From positions 4,696 to 68,695 of the forward strand of contig SCRJ01000117.1 of assembly GCA_004298115.1 (NCBI GenBank): 64,000 nucleotides of DNA. The letters are read 5' to 3'. Positions within the stretch are counted from its first letter, which is position 1. Every line of letters starts with the position of its first letter. Positions 9,543 through 18,600 of the stretch are shown here, one piece after another. A program made the translations under genes and the position numbers. The stretch comes from Acidobacteriota bacterium (lineage in GTDB: Bacteria; Acidobacteriota; Thermoanaerobaculia; Thermoanaerobaculales; Thermoanaerobaculaceae). Under the pieces are notes generated by a model, which was not told the origin of the DNA, did not search any database, and saw nothing but the letters and a program-made list of their open reading frames with translations.

Positions 9543-10631
9543 ATGCGCCACCGCTACACCTACCTCGACCCGGAGCTGATCCGGAGCCTCCTCGCGGCGA
9601 TCGACCTGCTGCGCCTCTTCAACCAGCTCGTGCTCGCCGCGGCCGGCGACCCCGCCCGGGCGCGCGCGTGGCTGCGGGAGTTGCAGGAGCGCGCCTACAT
9701 CGACGACGGCGTGAACCTCGACGCCTTCTTCGCGCAGCTCGAGGAGCAGGGGTGGGTGCGCGCCGGCGGCGCGGCCGGGGGCGGGCTCACGGCGGCCGGG
9801 GCGCGCCAGCTGCGCCGGAGCGCGTTCGAGGAGGTGTTCGCGAACCTGGGCAAGGCGGGCCCCGGCTACCACTCGATCCACGCGGCGGGCGAGGGGGTGG
9901 AGAGCCTTCCCGAGACCCGGCCGTACGCGTTCGGCGACGAGCTCTCCACCATCGACGCGTCGCGCTCGACCCAGAACGCCCTCAGGCGCACCAAGGGCGA
10001 GCTCGACCTCGCCGAAGAGGACCTCGAGGTCAGCGAGCGGGAGCACCTCACGTCGTGCGCCACCGTCGTGGCGATCGACATCTCGCACTCGATGGTGCTC
10101 TACGGCGAGGACCGCATCACCCCCGCCAAGACCGTGGCCCTGGCCATGACCGAGCTGATCACCTCGAAGTACCCGAACGACTGGCTCGGGGTCCTCGCAT
10201 TCGGGGACCGCGCCACGCGCATCGACCTCGCGGACATCCCGGCGATCTCGGCGGGCCCGTTCCACACCAACACCTGCGAGGCGCTCGAGGTGGCGCGCGG
10301 GATGCTGGCGCGCCGCAGGCACCCGAACAAACAGATCTTTCTGATCACCGACGGCAAGCCCTCGGCGGTCACCGAGGGGCACGCCGTCTACAAGAACCCC
10401 TACGGCCTCGACCTCAAGATCGTCAACCGCACGCTCGAGGAAGCCGACCGCTGCCGGCGGCAGAAGGTCGTCATCACCACGTTCATGATCGCCACCGACC
10501 CGATGCTGCAGGAGTTCGTCGAGAAGCTCACCAAGGTCAACCGCGGCCGTGCCTACTTCGCGAACCCCTACGACCTGGGGGGGTTCATCCTCGCCGACTA
10601 CGTCGCGAACCGGCGCCGCCGCGTGCGCTGA
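9543..10631 (+). CDS. VWA domain-containing protein (partner of the ChlI-like ATPase, COG4867-type)
   Basis: MIDAS-like VVAIDISHSM...FLITDGKPSAV. No alternative in-frame start exists upstream (in-frame stop at 9450-9452). Confidence 0.75.
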   Translation: MRHRYTYLDPELIRSLLAAIDLLRLFNQLVLAAAGDPARARAWLRELQERAYIDDGVNLDAFFAQLEEQGWVRAGGAAGGGLTAAGARQLRRSAFEEVFANLGKAGPGYHSIHAAGEGVESLPETRPYAFGDELSTIDASRSTQNALRRTKGELDLAEEDLEVSEREHLTSCATVVAIDISHSMVLYGEDRITPAKTVALAMTELITSKYPNDWLGVLAFGDRATRIDLADIPAISAGPFHTNTCEALEVARGMLARRRHPNKQIFLITDGKPSAVTEGHAVYKNPYGLDLKIVNRTLEEADRCRRQKVVITTFMIATDPMLQEFVEKLTKVNRGRAYFANPYDLGGFILADYVANRRRRVR

Positions 10632-12740
10632 ATGGGCCGCAGCGGGCGGTGGTGGCCGCCCCGCTCGACCAACCTTTCGGCTATCGTACCCGTAGGAATG
10701 GGCGGTATGAGCAGGGGCGGCGAGAGCGGAGGATCGAAACCGCGGGCGAGGCGCCGCACGGTGTACCTCGCGGTGTTCGCGGCGCTGGTGTTGGCCGCCG
10801 TCGGCGCGCATCTGGCGGCGCCGGGCGGTGACCTGGCCGGGTTGACGACTTTTTTGGCGTCGCTCTGGGCGCTTCCGGCGGTGTTCGTCGGCCTGCGGAG
10901 ACTCTGGCGCGCGCTCACCTACCGGGTCGGCGTGCGGCTCTTCATCTCGTACCTGCTCATCGGCCTCACCCCGTTCGCCCTGGCCGCCTGCCTGGCGTTC
11001 GTCGTCGGCTACGCTCTCGTCGGCCAGTACGCCGCGACGCGGGTCCGCGGCGAGATGGACAAACTGGGCTCCACGCTGGCCGGGTTGGCCCGCGCCGCCG
11101 CGGTCGAGCTGGCGGCCGGGCGACCGGCGGCCGCGCAGCAGACCGTCGAGCAGGGCGGCCAGGCGCTTGCGAACGCGATGCGCCTCGAGTGGGTGCTCGA
11201 CGCCCCCTCCGGTCGCTCGAGCAGCCCGGGCGCCGCCGCCTTGCCGGTCCCGGGATGGGCCACCGAGGCGGGGTGGCAGGGAGCCGTGTTCGCCGGCCGG
11301 TCGGGCTATCTCGCCGCGGTGGCACGGCGCGGCGACGCCGTCGCCGCCGTGCTGCTCCCCCTCGACCTCGCCACCGCCCGCGCGTTCGGGCCCGGCCGCT
11401 GGTACGAGGTCCGGTTCGTGACGCAGGAGCGGCCGAGCGGACCGAAGGGCAACTCGGTCACGATCGCCGGCGCGCCGGACGGCGCCGCGGCGGTCACCGT
11501 CAACGGCCGGCCCGCGGCCGCGGCCGAGATCGAGCCCGAGTGGCTCTCCGGGAAGTCGAATCCAGGCGCCACCTGGTGGCAGCGGGTTCGGCTCTTCTGG
11601 GCCTGGCCCACCACGGACCCGAGGGCGTTCGAGAGCGGCGCCGAGCTCAAGGATGCGATCGTCCTGACCGTGATCAAGCTCGCCCCCCGCGACGCGCTCG
11701 CCGAGCTCTTCGCCCCGCAGGAGGGGGTCGGCCGCGAGTTCAAGAGGATGCTGCGCATCGTCGGCATCGTCTTCGGCGCGCTCTACCTGGTCGCCGTCGG
11801 CTTCGCCGCGGTGATGATCCTGCGCATCGCGACGGCGGCGGGGCGCCTGACCCGCGGGGCGCGCGCGGTCGCCGCGGGCGACCTCGCCCACCGGATTCCG
11901 GTCAAGCGCCGCGACCAACTCGGCGACCTCGCGGTCTCGTTCAACGCCATGACCGAGTCGGTCCACGGCATGCTCAGCGACGTGGCGGAGAAGGAGCGCC
12001 TGGCGGGCGAGATGGAGCTCGCGCGCGAGATCCAGGAAAGCCTGCTTCCGCCGAGCGAGCTGACGAGCGGAGCGCTCGCCGTCGTCGCGCACTTCCGGCC
12101 GGCCGCGGAGGTGGGCGGGGATTACTTCGACGTCCTAGAACTCGCCCCCGGGCGGATCGTGGCGGCGATTGGGGACGTCGCCGGGCACGGGCTGCCGACC
12201 GGCCTGCTGATGGCCATGGTCAAGTCGGCGGTGGCCGCGCTCGCCGGCGAAGGGCGGCGCGGGCGCGACCTGCTCGAGCGCCTCAACCGCTTGCTCCTCG
12301 GCCAGTCGTTGCGGCAGCGCATGGTGTCGCTCGCCCTCGCCGAGATCGACGCGGCCGCGGGCCGGCTCGAGATCACGAGCGCCGGGCACCCCCCCGGCGT
12401 CCTTTTGGCCTCCGACGGCACCACCGAGGAGATCCTGCTCGGCTCGCTCCCGCTCGGCCACCCGTGGCCCGACTCGCCCCCCAGCCGCACCCTCGCGTTC
12501 CCTCCCGGAAGCCGGCTGCTGCTCTACTCCGACGGGCTCGTCGAGGGCCGCAACGCCGGCGGGGAGCCGTTCGGCTACGACGCGCTGCACGCGGTGCTCG
12601 CGGAGCACCGCGACGCGTCGCCGCGCGCTCTGGTGGCCGCGGTGCTCGGCGCGTTGGACCGTCACCTGGGCGGGGCGCCGCTCACCGACGACCTCACCAT
12701 CGTGCTCGTGGAGCACACCAAGACCGCGGGAGCCGGCTAG
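10632..12740 (+). CDS. membrane sensor PP2C (SpoIIE-family) phosphatase with HAMP domain
   Basis: N-terminal TM/extracytoplasmic region, HAMP (AVAAGDLAHRIPVKRRDQLGDLAVSFNAM), then SpoIIE core (EIQESLLP...GGDYFDV...GDVAGHGL...LYSDGL...DDLTIV). The start may instead be 10698 or 10707. Confidence 0.75.
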   Translation: MGRSGRWWPPRSTNLSAIVPVGMGGMSRGGESGGSKPRARRRTVYLAVFAALVLAAVGAHLAAPGGDLAGLTTFLASLWALPAVFVGLRRLWRALTYRVGVRLFISYLLIGLTPFALAACLAFVVGYALVGQYAATRVRGEMDKLGSTLAGLARAAAVELAAGRPAAAQQTVEQGGQALANAMRLEWVLDAPSGRSSSPGAAALPVPGWATEAGWQGAVFAGRSGYLAAVARRGDAVAAVLLPLDLATARAFGPGRWYEVRFVTQERPSGPKGNSVTIAGAPDGAAAVTVNGRPAAAAEIEPEWLSGKSNPGATWWQRVRLFWAWPTTDPRAFESGAELKDAIVLTVIKLAPRDALAELFAPQEGVGREFKRMLRIVGIVFGALYLVAVGFAAVMILRIATAAGRLTRGARAVAAGDLAHRIPVKRRDQLGDLAVSFNAMTESVHGMLSDVAEKERLAGEMELAREIQESLLPPSELTSGALAVVAHFRPAAEVGGDYFDVLELAPGRIVAAIGDVAGHGLPTGLLMAMVKSAVAALAGEGRRGRDLLERLNRLLLGQSLRQRMVSLALAEIDAAAGRLEITSAGHPPGVLLASDGTTEEILLGSLPLGHPWPDSPPSRTLAFPPGSRLLLYSDGLVEGRNAGGEPFGYDALHAVLAEHRDASPRALVAAVLGALDRHLGGAPLTDDLTIVLVEHTKTAGAG

Positions 12741-13225
12741 CGCGCCAGCAGCGGGAGCAGGAGGGCCGCGGCGGCGCCGGCGGCGAGACCGGCGGCGAGG
12801 TCGTCCGCCACGATCCCCCAGCCGCCGGGCAGCGCCTCGAGGCGCCGGATCGGCCACGGCTTGACGACGTCGAGCGCCCGGAACAGGAGGAACGCCGCCG
12901 CCAGCTCGACGAGCCCCGGCGGCCGGCGCTGCGCCAGCGCGACCACGGCGAGCGCGACCCACTGGCCGGCGACCTCGTCGAGGACGACGGGGCCGGGGTC
13001 GACGGCGCCGCGCCTGCGGGCTTCCGCGCCGCACGCCCAGACCGCCACCGGCAGCAACACGGCGAGACCGGCGAGCGCGACGGCGGCGACGGCCGCCGGC
13101 CAGAGGGCGGAGGCGCCCCAATAGAGCGCGGCGCCGGCCAGCGAGCCGACCGTCGTTCCGGGGGCAGGCAGCCGGTCCCCGAGCCCTCCGACGGTGGCGA
13201 GAACGCGGGCGAGCGCGGTCCTCAC
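12737..13225 (-). CDS. pgpA: phosphatidylglycerophosphatase A
   Basis: GTG 13225 after GGAGGAGC, overlapping the mpl stop (GTGA). Motifs PGTTVGSLAG, VLDEVAGQ, FRALDVVKPWPI, GIVADDL are typical of PgpA. Confidence 0.75.
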   Translation of the reverse strand: MRTALARVLATVGGLGDRLPAPGTTVGSLAGAALYWGASALWPAAVAAVALAGLAVLLPVAVWACGAEARRRGAVDPGPVVLDEVAGQWVALAVVALAQRRPPGLVELAAAFLLFRALDVVKPWPIRRLEALPGGWGIVADDLAAGLAAGAAAALLLPLLAR

Positions 13226-14619
13226 CGCTCCTCCCGCAACATCGCGAGCAGGCGACGCGGGAGGTCCTCGAACCCGCCCGAGGACATGCACAGCACGACG
13301 TCGCCGGGGAGCAGGAGACGGCGGACCGCCGCCGCGAGGTCGCCTTCCTCGGGGAGCGCAGCAGCCGCGACGCCGCGGCGGCGCAGCGCCGCGACCAGAG
13401 CGCCGCGGTCGAGGGCGCGCTCGCCGAGCCGGGCGCGGTGGAAGACCGGCGCCACGAGGGCGACGTCGGCGTTCGCCAGCGCCCCCTCGTACGCCGCCGC
13501 GAAGACGGTGCCGCCGGCGGTGAGGGAGCGCGGCTCGAAGGCGGCCACGAGGCGGCGGCCGGGGAAGCGGTGCCTCGCGCCGGCCAGCGTCACCGCGACG
13601 GCGGTCGGGTGATGGGCGAAGTCGTCGACCACGGCGATCCCGCTGCCCTCGCCGAGGAGCTCGAGCCGGCGCCGCACGCCCGGAAAGGTCGCCGCCGCCG
13701 CCGCGACCGCCGCCGGCTCCATCCCCGCGAGGAGGGCGCAGGTGACGGCCGCCATCAGGTTGTCGAGGTTGTGGCGGCCGACGAGCGGGACCTCGACGTC
13801 GAAGGCGCGCCCTTCCCAGGTCAAGGTCGCGCGCAGACGGCCGCCCGCGTGGCCCCAGGCGGCGCACGCGAGAGCAGCCGCGGGATCGAGCCCGTACCAG
13901 ACGGTGCGGGCGTGTCCCGTGGCCACCGCCCGCGCCCCCTCGTCGCCGGCGTTGGCCACGACCGCGCCGCCGTCGCCGACCAGTGCCGTTCCGGCACGGA
14001 ACGCTGCCATGATGGCATCGAGATCGGGGTAGATGTCGCCGTGGTCGAACTCCACGTTGCCGACCACGAACAGGTGCGGGGCGTAGTGAAGGAACTTCGG
14101 CCCCTTGTCGAAGAACGCGGTGTTGTACTCGTCCCCCTCGACGACGGTCCACCCACCGCGGCCGAGCCGCCACGGCTTGCCGCCGACCGGGACCCCGCCG
14201 ACCAGGACGGTGGGATCGAGTCCCCCGGCGGTGAAGAGGTGGGCGGCGAGGGCCGTGGTCGTGGTCTTGCCGTGAGTTCCGGCGACCACGACCGCACGTG
14301 CCGGCCGGCAGAACCGCTCCCCGAACGCCGCCGCCTGGGAGGTGTAGGGAAGGCCGCGCGCCAGGACGGCTGCGACCTCGACGTTGGCGCGCGGGATGGC
14401 GTTGCCGATGATGACCTGGTCGACGCCGGCGGGGATCCCGGCGGGGTCGAAGCCGACGCGCACCGGGATTCCGAGGTCCGCGAGCAGCTCCGAAGTCGGG
14501 GGGTAGAGGGCCACGTCGACGCCGGAAACGGCCTCGCCCGCCTCGTGCAGCAGGCCCGCGAGCGCCGCCGTCGCCGTGCCTCCGATCGGCAGCATGTAGT
14601 AATGGCAAGGTTTCTGCAT
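13222..14619 (-). CDS. mpl: UDP-N-acetylmuramate:L-alanyl-gamma-D-glutamyl-meso-DAP ligase
   Basis: Mur ligase P-loop VAGTHGKTTTT. N-terminus IGGTATAALAGLL and EGDEYNTAFFDKGPKF are typical of Mpl rather than MurC. Confidence 0.8.
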   Translation of the reverse strand: MQKPCHYYMLPIGGTATAALAGLLHEAGEAVSGVDVALYPPTSELLADLGIPVRVGFDPAGIPAGVDQVIIGNAIPRANVEVAAVLARGLPYTSQAAAFGERFCRPARAVVVAGTHGKTTTTALAAHLFTAGGLDPTVLVGGVPVGGKPWRLGRGGWTVVEGDEYNTAFFDKGPKFLHYAPHLFVVGNVEFDHGDIYPDLDAIMAAFRAGTALVGDGGAVVANAGDEGARAVATGHARTVWYGLDPAAALACAAWGHAGGRLRATLTWEGRAFDVEVPLVGRHNLDNLMAAVTCALLAGMEPAAVAAAAATFPGVRRRLELLGEGSGIAVVDDFAHHPTAVAVTLAGARHRFPGRRLVAAFEPRSLTAGGTVFAAAYEGALANADVALVAPVFHRARLGERALDRGALVAALRRRGVAAAALPEEGDLAAAVRRLLLPGDVVLCMSSGGFEDLPRRLLAMLREER

Positions 14620-14704
14620 GGCGTTAGGCGCGCTCCGGCGCGGGGGTGTACGATACCATCTCCGGCGGACCCGGAATCAGTCGCACACGAGAGGAGATCA
14701 TGCG

Positions 14705-15769
14705 ATGAACCGTACGATTATGAGCTCGTTCGCAGCGGTTTTGGTGGCGGCGGCGTCGTTCGCGCAGCCGCAGGCGGCGCCCGCCGCGAAGCCCGCCGAC
14801 GCGGCCGCGGCCAAGGCCGCCGCGACGCCCCAACCGGCGATCGACATCGTCAACAAGATCCAGGACTTCGGCACCGTCCCCAAGGGGGAGAAGATCAAGG
14901 CGACGTTCGAGGTGCGCAACACCGGCAAGGCTCCCCTGGAGATCAGCCAGGTGCGCCCGACGTGCGGCTGCACGGTGGCGAACTTCACCCGGACGATCGC
15001 TCCCGGCGCCAGCGGCAACATCAACGCCGAGGTGGACACGACCGGGTTTACCGGTCCGATCTCCAAGGCGGTCCTGGTGTTTTCCAACGACCCGACGACC
15101 CCCCAGGTCAACCTGGTGATCAAGGCCGACGTGCGCGCCTTCGTCGAGGTGCTGCCGCGGCCGCTCGTGATCTTCACGAACGTGCTCCAGGGCGAGCCGG
15201 CGACGCAAAAGCTGGTGCTGGCTTCGGCCGACGGCTCGGACTTCAAGATCGAGAGCGCCGCCGCCACCAGCGGCCCCTATCAGCTCAGCTACCGTGAGCT
15301 CCCCGCCAAGGAGCGGATCCCCGACCGCAAGGGCTCGCAGTGGGAGCTCACCGTCACCGTGCCGGCGACGGCCCCGGAGGGGATGCTCAACCAGAAGATC
15401 ATCGTCAAGACCACGTCGCCCAAGGCGCCCGAGGTGACGATCAACGTGACCGGCGCGGTCCGGCCGGTGGTCCAGGTCATCCCCGGCACGATCGACTTCG
15501 GCACCGTGGCCGGCGACGCGCTGATCGGCCACAACGTGCTGATCATCAACAACCGCCAGGGGACCGAGCTGCAGCTCTCCGACGTCAAGATCGACAACCC
15601 CAACTTCACGACCGAGGTGATCCCGCTCCAGGCCGGGCAGCGCTTCCAGGTGGCGGTGAGCATGAAGGCCGGGGTGCCCAAGGGGACGCAGAAGGCCACC
15701 CTCACGATCGCGACCAACGACCCGCTGCGCAAGTCGATCGAGATCCCGATCACCGCCGTCGTCCAGTAG
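14705..15769 (+). CDS. DUF1573 (ASH/HYDIN-like) repeat protein, secreted
   Basis: Start ATG 14705 (MNRTIMSSFAAVLVAAASFA signal). FGTVPKGEKIKATFEVRNTGKAPLEISQVRPTCGCT is the DUF1573 signature, and further Ig-like repeats follow. Confidence 0.7.
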   Translation: MNRTIMSSFAAVLVAAASFAQPQAAPAAKPADAAAAKAAATPQPAIDIVNKIQDFGTVPKGEKIKATFEVRNTGKAPLEISQVRPTCGCTVANFTRTIAPGASGNINAEVDTTGFTGPISKAVLVFSNDPTTPQVNLVIKADVRAFVEVLPRPLVIFTNVLQGEPATQKLVLASADGSDFKIESAAATSGPYQLSYRELPAKERIPDRKGSQWELTVTVPATAPEGMLNQKIIVKTTSPKAPEVTINVTGAVRPVVQVIPGTIDFGTVAGDALIGHNVLIINNRQGTELQLSDVKIDNPNFTTEVIPLQAGQRFQVAVSMKAGVPKGTQKATLTIATNDPLRKSIEIPITAVVQ

Positions 15770-15793
15770 CCGATCCGCACGAGGATGCAACCC

Positions 15794-15829
15794 GCGGCGC
15801 GCCAGGGTTCCCGGCGCGCCGCGCCTTTT
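15794..15829 (+). terminator. rho-independent terminator
   Basis: Perfect 10-bp stem gcggcgcgcc/ggcgcgccgc (15794-15803 / 15813-15822) followed by gccTTTTc. Confidence 0.7.
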
Positions 15830-15914
15830 CGTGTCGCGACAAGGCCCTGCCGCGGATCGCCGGCCGCCGCGGCCGGGAGCGGCGGCCGGCCCCCTTGTCT
15901 TTGCCCCTGCCCCG

Positions 15915-16105
15915 CGGTAGGTTGGCGGGCGAAGTTCAACGGGGCGGTGTCGAGGGAAGCCGGTGCGAATCCGGCGCGGCCCCCGCCACTGTAACCGGGG
16001 ACGGGTCGCCCAGAGATGCCACTGGGCGCGCGGGTCGTTCGCGGCTCGGCGCCTGGGAAGGCGGGCGATTCCGGTCGATCCGGGAGCCAGGAGACCTGCC
16101 GCCCC
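15915..16105 (+). promoter_or_regulatory. cobalamin (B12) riboswitch
   Basis: Conserved core AGGGAAGCCGGTGCGAATCCGGCGCGGCCCCCGCCACTGTAA (B12 box GCCACTG), a second GCCACTGGG...GGGAAGGCGGG, and the 3' GAGCCAGGAGACCTGCC element. It ends about 20 nt before the SD/ATG of the TonB receptor. Confidence 0.85.
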
Positions 16106-16125
16106 GCAGGGAACGGGAGGGTTCC

Positions 16126-17949
16126 ATGGCTCATCGAGCGGTTCGGCTGCTCGCCGTCGTTCTCGCCGTGTCCGGCGTTGCCCGCGCACAACAACCCCCG
16201 GTGTTTCACGATCAGGTCGTGGTGACCGCGACCGGCGACGAGCAGCCGGTCGACGGCGTCGCGGCCGCGTGTACCGTGATCTCGGCGGCGGAGATGCGCG
16301 CGCTCGGGATCACCTCGCTCGCCGACGCGCTGCGTTGGGTTCCGGGCGTGACCGTCCTGCGCTCGGGGAGCGAGGGAGGCGTCACCTCGTTGTTCACCCG
16401 CGGCACCGCGTCGACGCAGACGCTGGTGATGTGGGACGGGGTCCGCCTCAACTCGCCGTTCTTCGGCGGTTACGACTGGAGCCTGCCGCTCGCGGTCGGC
16501 CTCGGTCGGGTCGAGGTCGTGCGCGGCCCGTACTCCGCGCTCTACGGCGCCGATGCGATCGGCGGCGTCGTGCAGCTCGTCCCCGCGCGCGCCGCCGGCA
16601 ACGCCGCATCCGCGCTGATGGAGGGCGGCGGCGACGGCTGGCGCCGCGGCGAGGTGCAAGCCACGGCCGTCGCCGGGCGCTGGGAGACGGTCGTCGCGGG
16701 GGGCGGGCGGGACGGGAGCGGACCGCTCGCCAACGACGATTTCTCGTCGCGGGCAGGGCTCGTGAGCGTGACGGCGAGCCTCGACGACGGCAGCCGCCTC
16801 GGCGTGCTCCTGCGCCGCACCACGACCTTCACCCAGATCCCGTTTGCGGGCGCGCGGCTGACGCCGCACCGCTCCACCGCGGCCGCCGAGACGATTGCCG
16901 CGCTCCCGCTCCACCTGAGGTTGGCGGGCGGCGGGGAACTCGAGGTGACGGTGTCCAGGGTGGAGCGCGACCAGCGCTACGCGGATCCCGACGACCCGTC
17001 GGGGTTCGTGCGCTCGGAAACCGTGGCCGACTCCGACGGCGCGCGCCTCGCCGTGCACGAGCGCTGGGGCGGTCACCGCCTCGTCGCGGGCGGGGAGTGG
17101 CGGGCGGATCGCGTGACCGACGGGTCGAGCTACGGCGTGACGCTCGCCGGGCGTCGCCAGACCACGCGGTCGCTGTTCGTGCAGGACAGCTGGTCGCCGG
17201 CCAGGCGCCTCGCCGTGCTCGCCGGGGTGCGCTGGGACGCCGCCTCGCCGTGGGGGAGCGAGCTGTCGCCGCGGGTGAGCGTGAGCTGGGAGGGACGGGT
17301 CGCGCGGAGCTGGGTGTCGTTCGGCCGGGCGTTCCGCGCCCCCGGCCTCGGGGAGCTGTACTACCCGCTCTCCGGGAACCCCAACCTCGCGCCCGAGCGC
17401 TCGCGCTCGGCGGAGGCGGGCGTGGCGGCGCCGCTGGCGGCCGGCCGCTCGGTCGTGCAGCTGGTCGCGTTCTCCAATCGCCAGCGCGACCTCATCGACT
17501 TCGACTACGCGTCGTTCCGGTACGTCAACGTCGCCCGCGCCCGCGAGGACGGCGTCGAGGCGTCGTGGATCGCGATGGTCGGGGCGCACGGTCGAGCCAC
17601 CGCAGCCCTCACCTGGCTCGACGCCCGCGACGGGGCCGGAGCGCCGCTGCTGCGCCGGCCGGCGTGGTCGGGGTCGCTCACCCTCGCCGCGCCGGTCGCG
17701 GCCGGCGTCGAAGGCGCCGCGTCCCTGGTCTGGGTGGGCCGGCGCACGGACCTCGATCCGGTCACGTTCGCCCGCGTGCCGCAGGCGGGGTTCGTGACCG
17801 CCGACCTGGTCGTGACGGTGCCGCTGCTCGCCGGCGTCGCCGTGCGGGCGCGGGTCGAGAACGTGGCGGACCGCCGCTACGAGGAGGTGCGCGGCTACCC
17901 GGCACCGGGCCGCCGCCTGCTCGTCGGGCTGGAGACGTCGCTGCGCTGA
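16126..17949 (+). CDS. btuB: TonB-dependent receptor, BtuB-like
   Basis: Start ATG 16126 after GGGAGG. Signal peptide and TonB-box-like VVVTAT. Plug motifs LRWVPGVTV..G....SLFTRGT...TLVMWDGVRLN. C-terminal beta-barrel ending ...LVGLETSLR. Confidence 0.8.
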   Translation: MAHRAVRLLAVVLAVSGVARAQQPPVFHDQVVVTATGDEQPVDGVAAACTVISAAEMRALGITSLADALRWVPGVTVLRSGSEGGVTSLFTRGTASTQTLVMWDGVRLNSPFFGGYDWSLPLAVGLGRVEVVRGPYSALYGADAIGGVVQLVPARAAGNAASALMEGGGDGWRRGEVQATAVAGRWETVVAGGGRDGSGPLANDDFSSRAGLVSVTASLDDGSRLGVLLRRTTTFTQIPFAGARLTPHRSTAAAETIAALPLHLRLAGGGELEVTVSRVERDQRYADPDDPSGFVRSETVADSDGARLAVHERWGGHRLVAGGEWRADRVTDGSSYGVTLAGRRQTTRSLFVQDSWSPARRLAVLAGVRWDAASPWGSELSPRVSVSWEGRVARSWVSFGRAFRAPGLGELYYPLSGNPNLAPERSRSAEAGVAAPLAAGRSVVQLVAFSNRQRDLIDFDYASFRYVNVARAREDGVEASWIAMVGAHGRATAALTWLDARDGAGAPLLRRPAWSGSLTLAAPVAAGVEGAASLVWVGRRTDLDPVTFARVPQAGFVTADLVVTVPLLAGVAVRARVENVADRRYEEVRGYPAPGRRLLVGLETSLR

Positions 17950-18071
17950 CCGCGCCGTCCGGACCGCGGATGCGGCCGCCGGATGGCGGTTCGGGCGCGC
18001 CGAGATCTCGCCCCGGCGGGCCGCTCGTCAGGACCGTTCCCCGTTCTCGTGGTGTTGTCGCGGCCGGACCG

Positions 18072-18101
18072 TTGACCTCGGGGGTGCGGCTTTGCTACCG
18101 T
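18072..18101 (+). promoter_or_regulatory. candidate sigma70-type promoter of the atp operon
   Basis: TTGACC (18072-18077), 18-nt spacer, TACCGT (18096-18101), about 70 nt upstream of the atpF' GTG. The -10 element is weak. Confidence 0.3.
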
Positions 18102-18168
18102 AAACGCTCGTCGTCCCGGGGGTTTTCCGCCCCTTTGATGTCGTTCGAGGCAATCGAGGGAGGACAGC

Positions 18169-18600
18169 GTGCTAGCGCTGCCAAATTACTCTCTGCTGCT
18201 CGTGATGGCCTGCTTCTGGCTGGTCTTCCTGTTGGTATCGACTCAGCTCGTAGGTCCACTCGGCCGGCTCCTGGAGGAACGGGAGGGACGGATCGAGACG
18301 GCGCGCCGGAGCCACGAGCGCGCCCGGACCGACCTCACGGAGGCGATGGCGCGCTGCGACCGCGACGTGGCGAGCGCGGCGGCCGAGGCGCAGAAGGACC
18401 GCGCCGCGCTCCGCGCGGCCGGCGAGGCCGCCCGGCGGGCGCACCTCGACCAGGCCCGCACCCAGGTGCAGGCGCGCCTGGCGAGCCTCGGCGTCGAGCT
18501 CGACGACGCCTCGCGCGCCGCACGCGCCGTCCTGCGGGAACGTGGCGCCGAGCTGGCGCGCGAGCTGGCGAGCCGCCTTGCCGGCCGGAGCCTCGCGTGA
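18169..18600 (+). CDS. atpF2: F0F1 ATP synthase subunit b' (second stator stalk)
   Basis: GTG start after GAGGGAGGA. N-terminal TM helix plus long Ala/Arg/Glu-rich coiled coil. Located directly upstream of atpF. Confidence 0.7.
   Translation: MLALPNYSLLLVMACFWLVFLLVSTQLVGPLGRLLEEREGRIETARRSHERARTDLTEAMARCDRDVASAAAEAQKDRAALRAAGEAARRAHLDQARTQVQARLASLGVELDDASRAARAVLRERGAELARELASRLAGRSLA

Noticed and set aside
9486-9555. Possible target-site duplication (cgcaaccg / cgccaccg) flanking the 9.5-kb heptamer array
   Set aside because: The match is only 7/8 and imperfect. Removing the intervening segment would also delete the only start codon of the VWA gene, so I do not treat it as evidence of insertion here.
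9501-12092. 863-aa minus-strand ORF antisense to the VWA and PP2C genes (also 7859..9544, 15289..17589, 19608..21533, 21148..23391 and 57535..59436)
   Set aside because: Same GC-driven open antisense frames. Each overlaps a gene with strong family motifs on the opposite strand.
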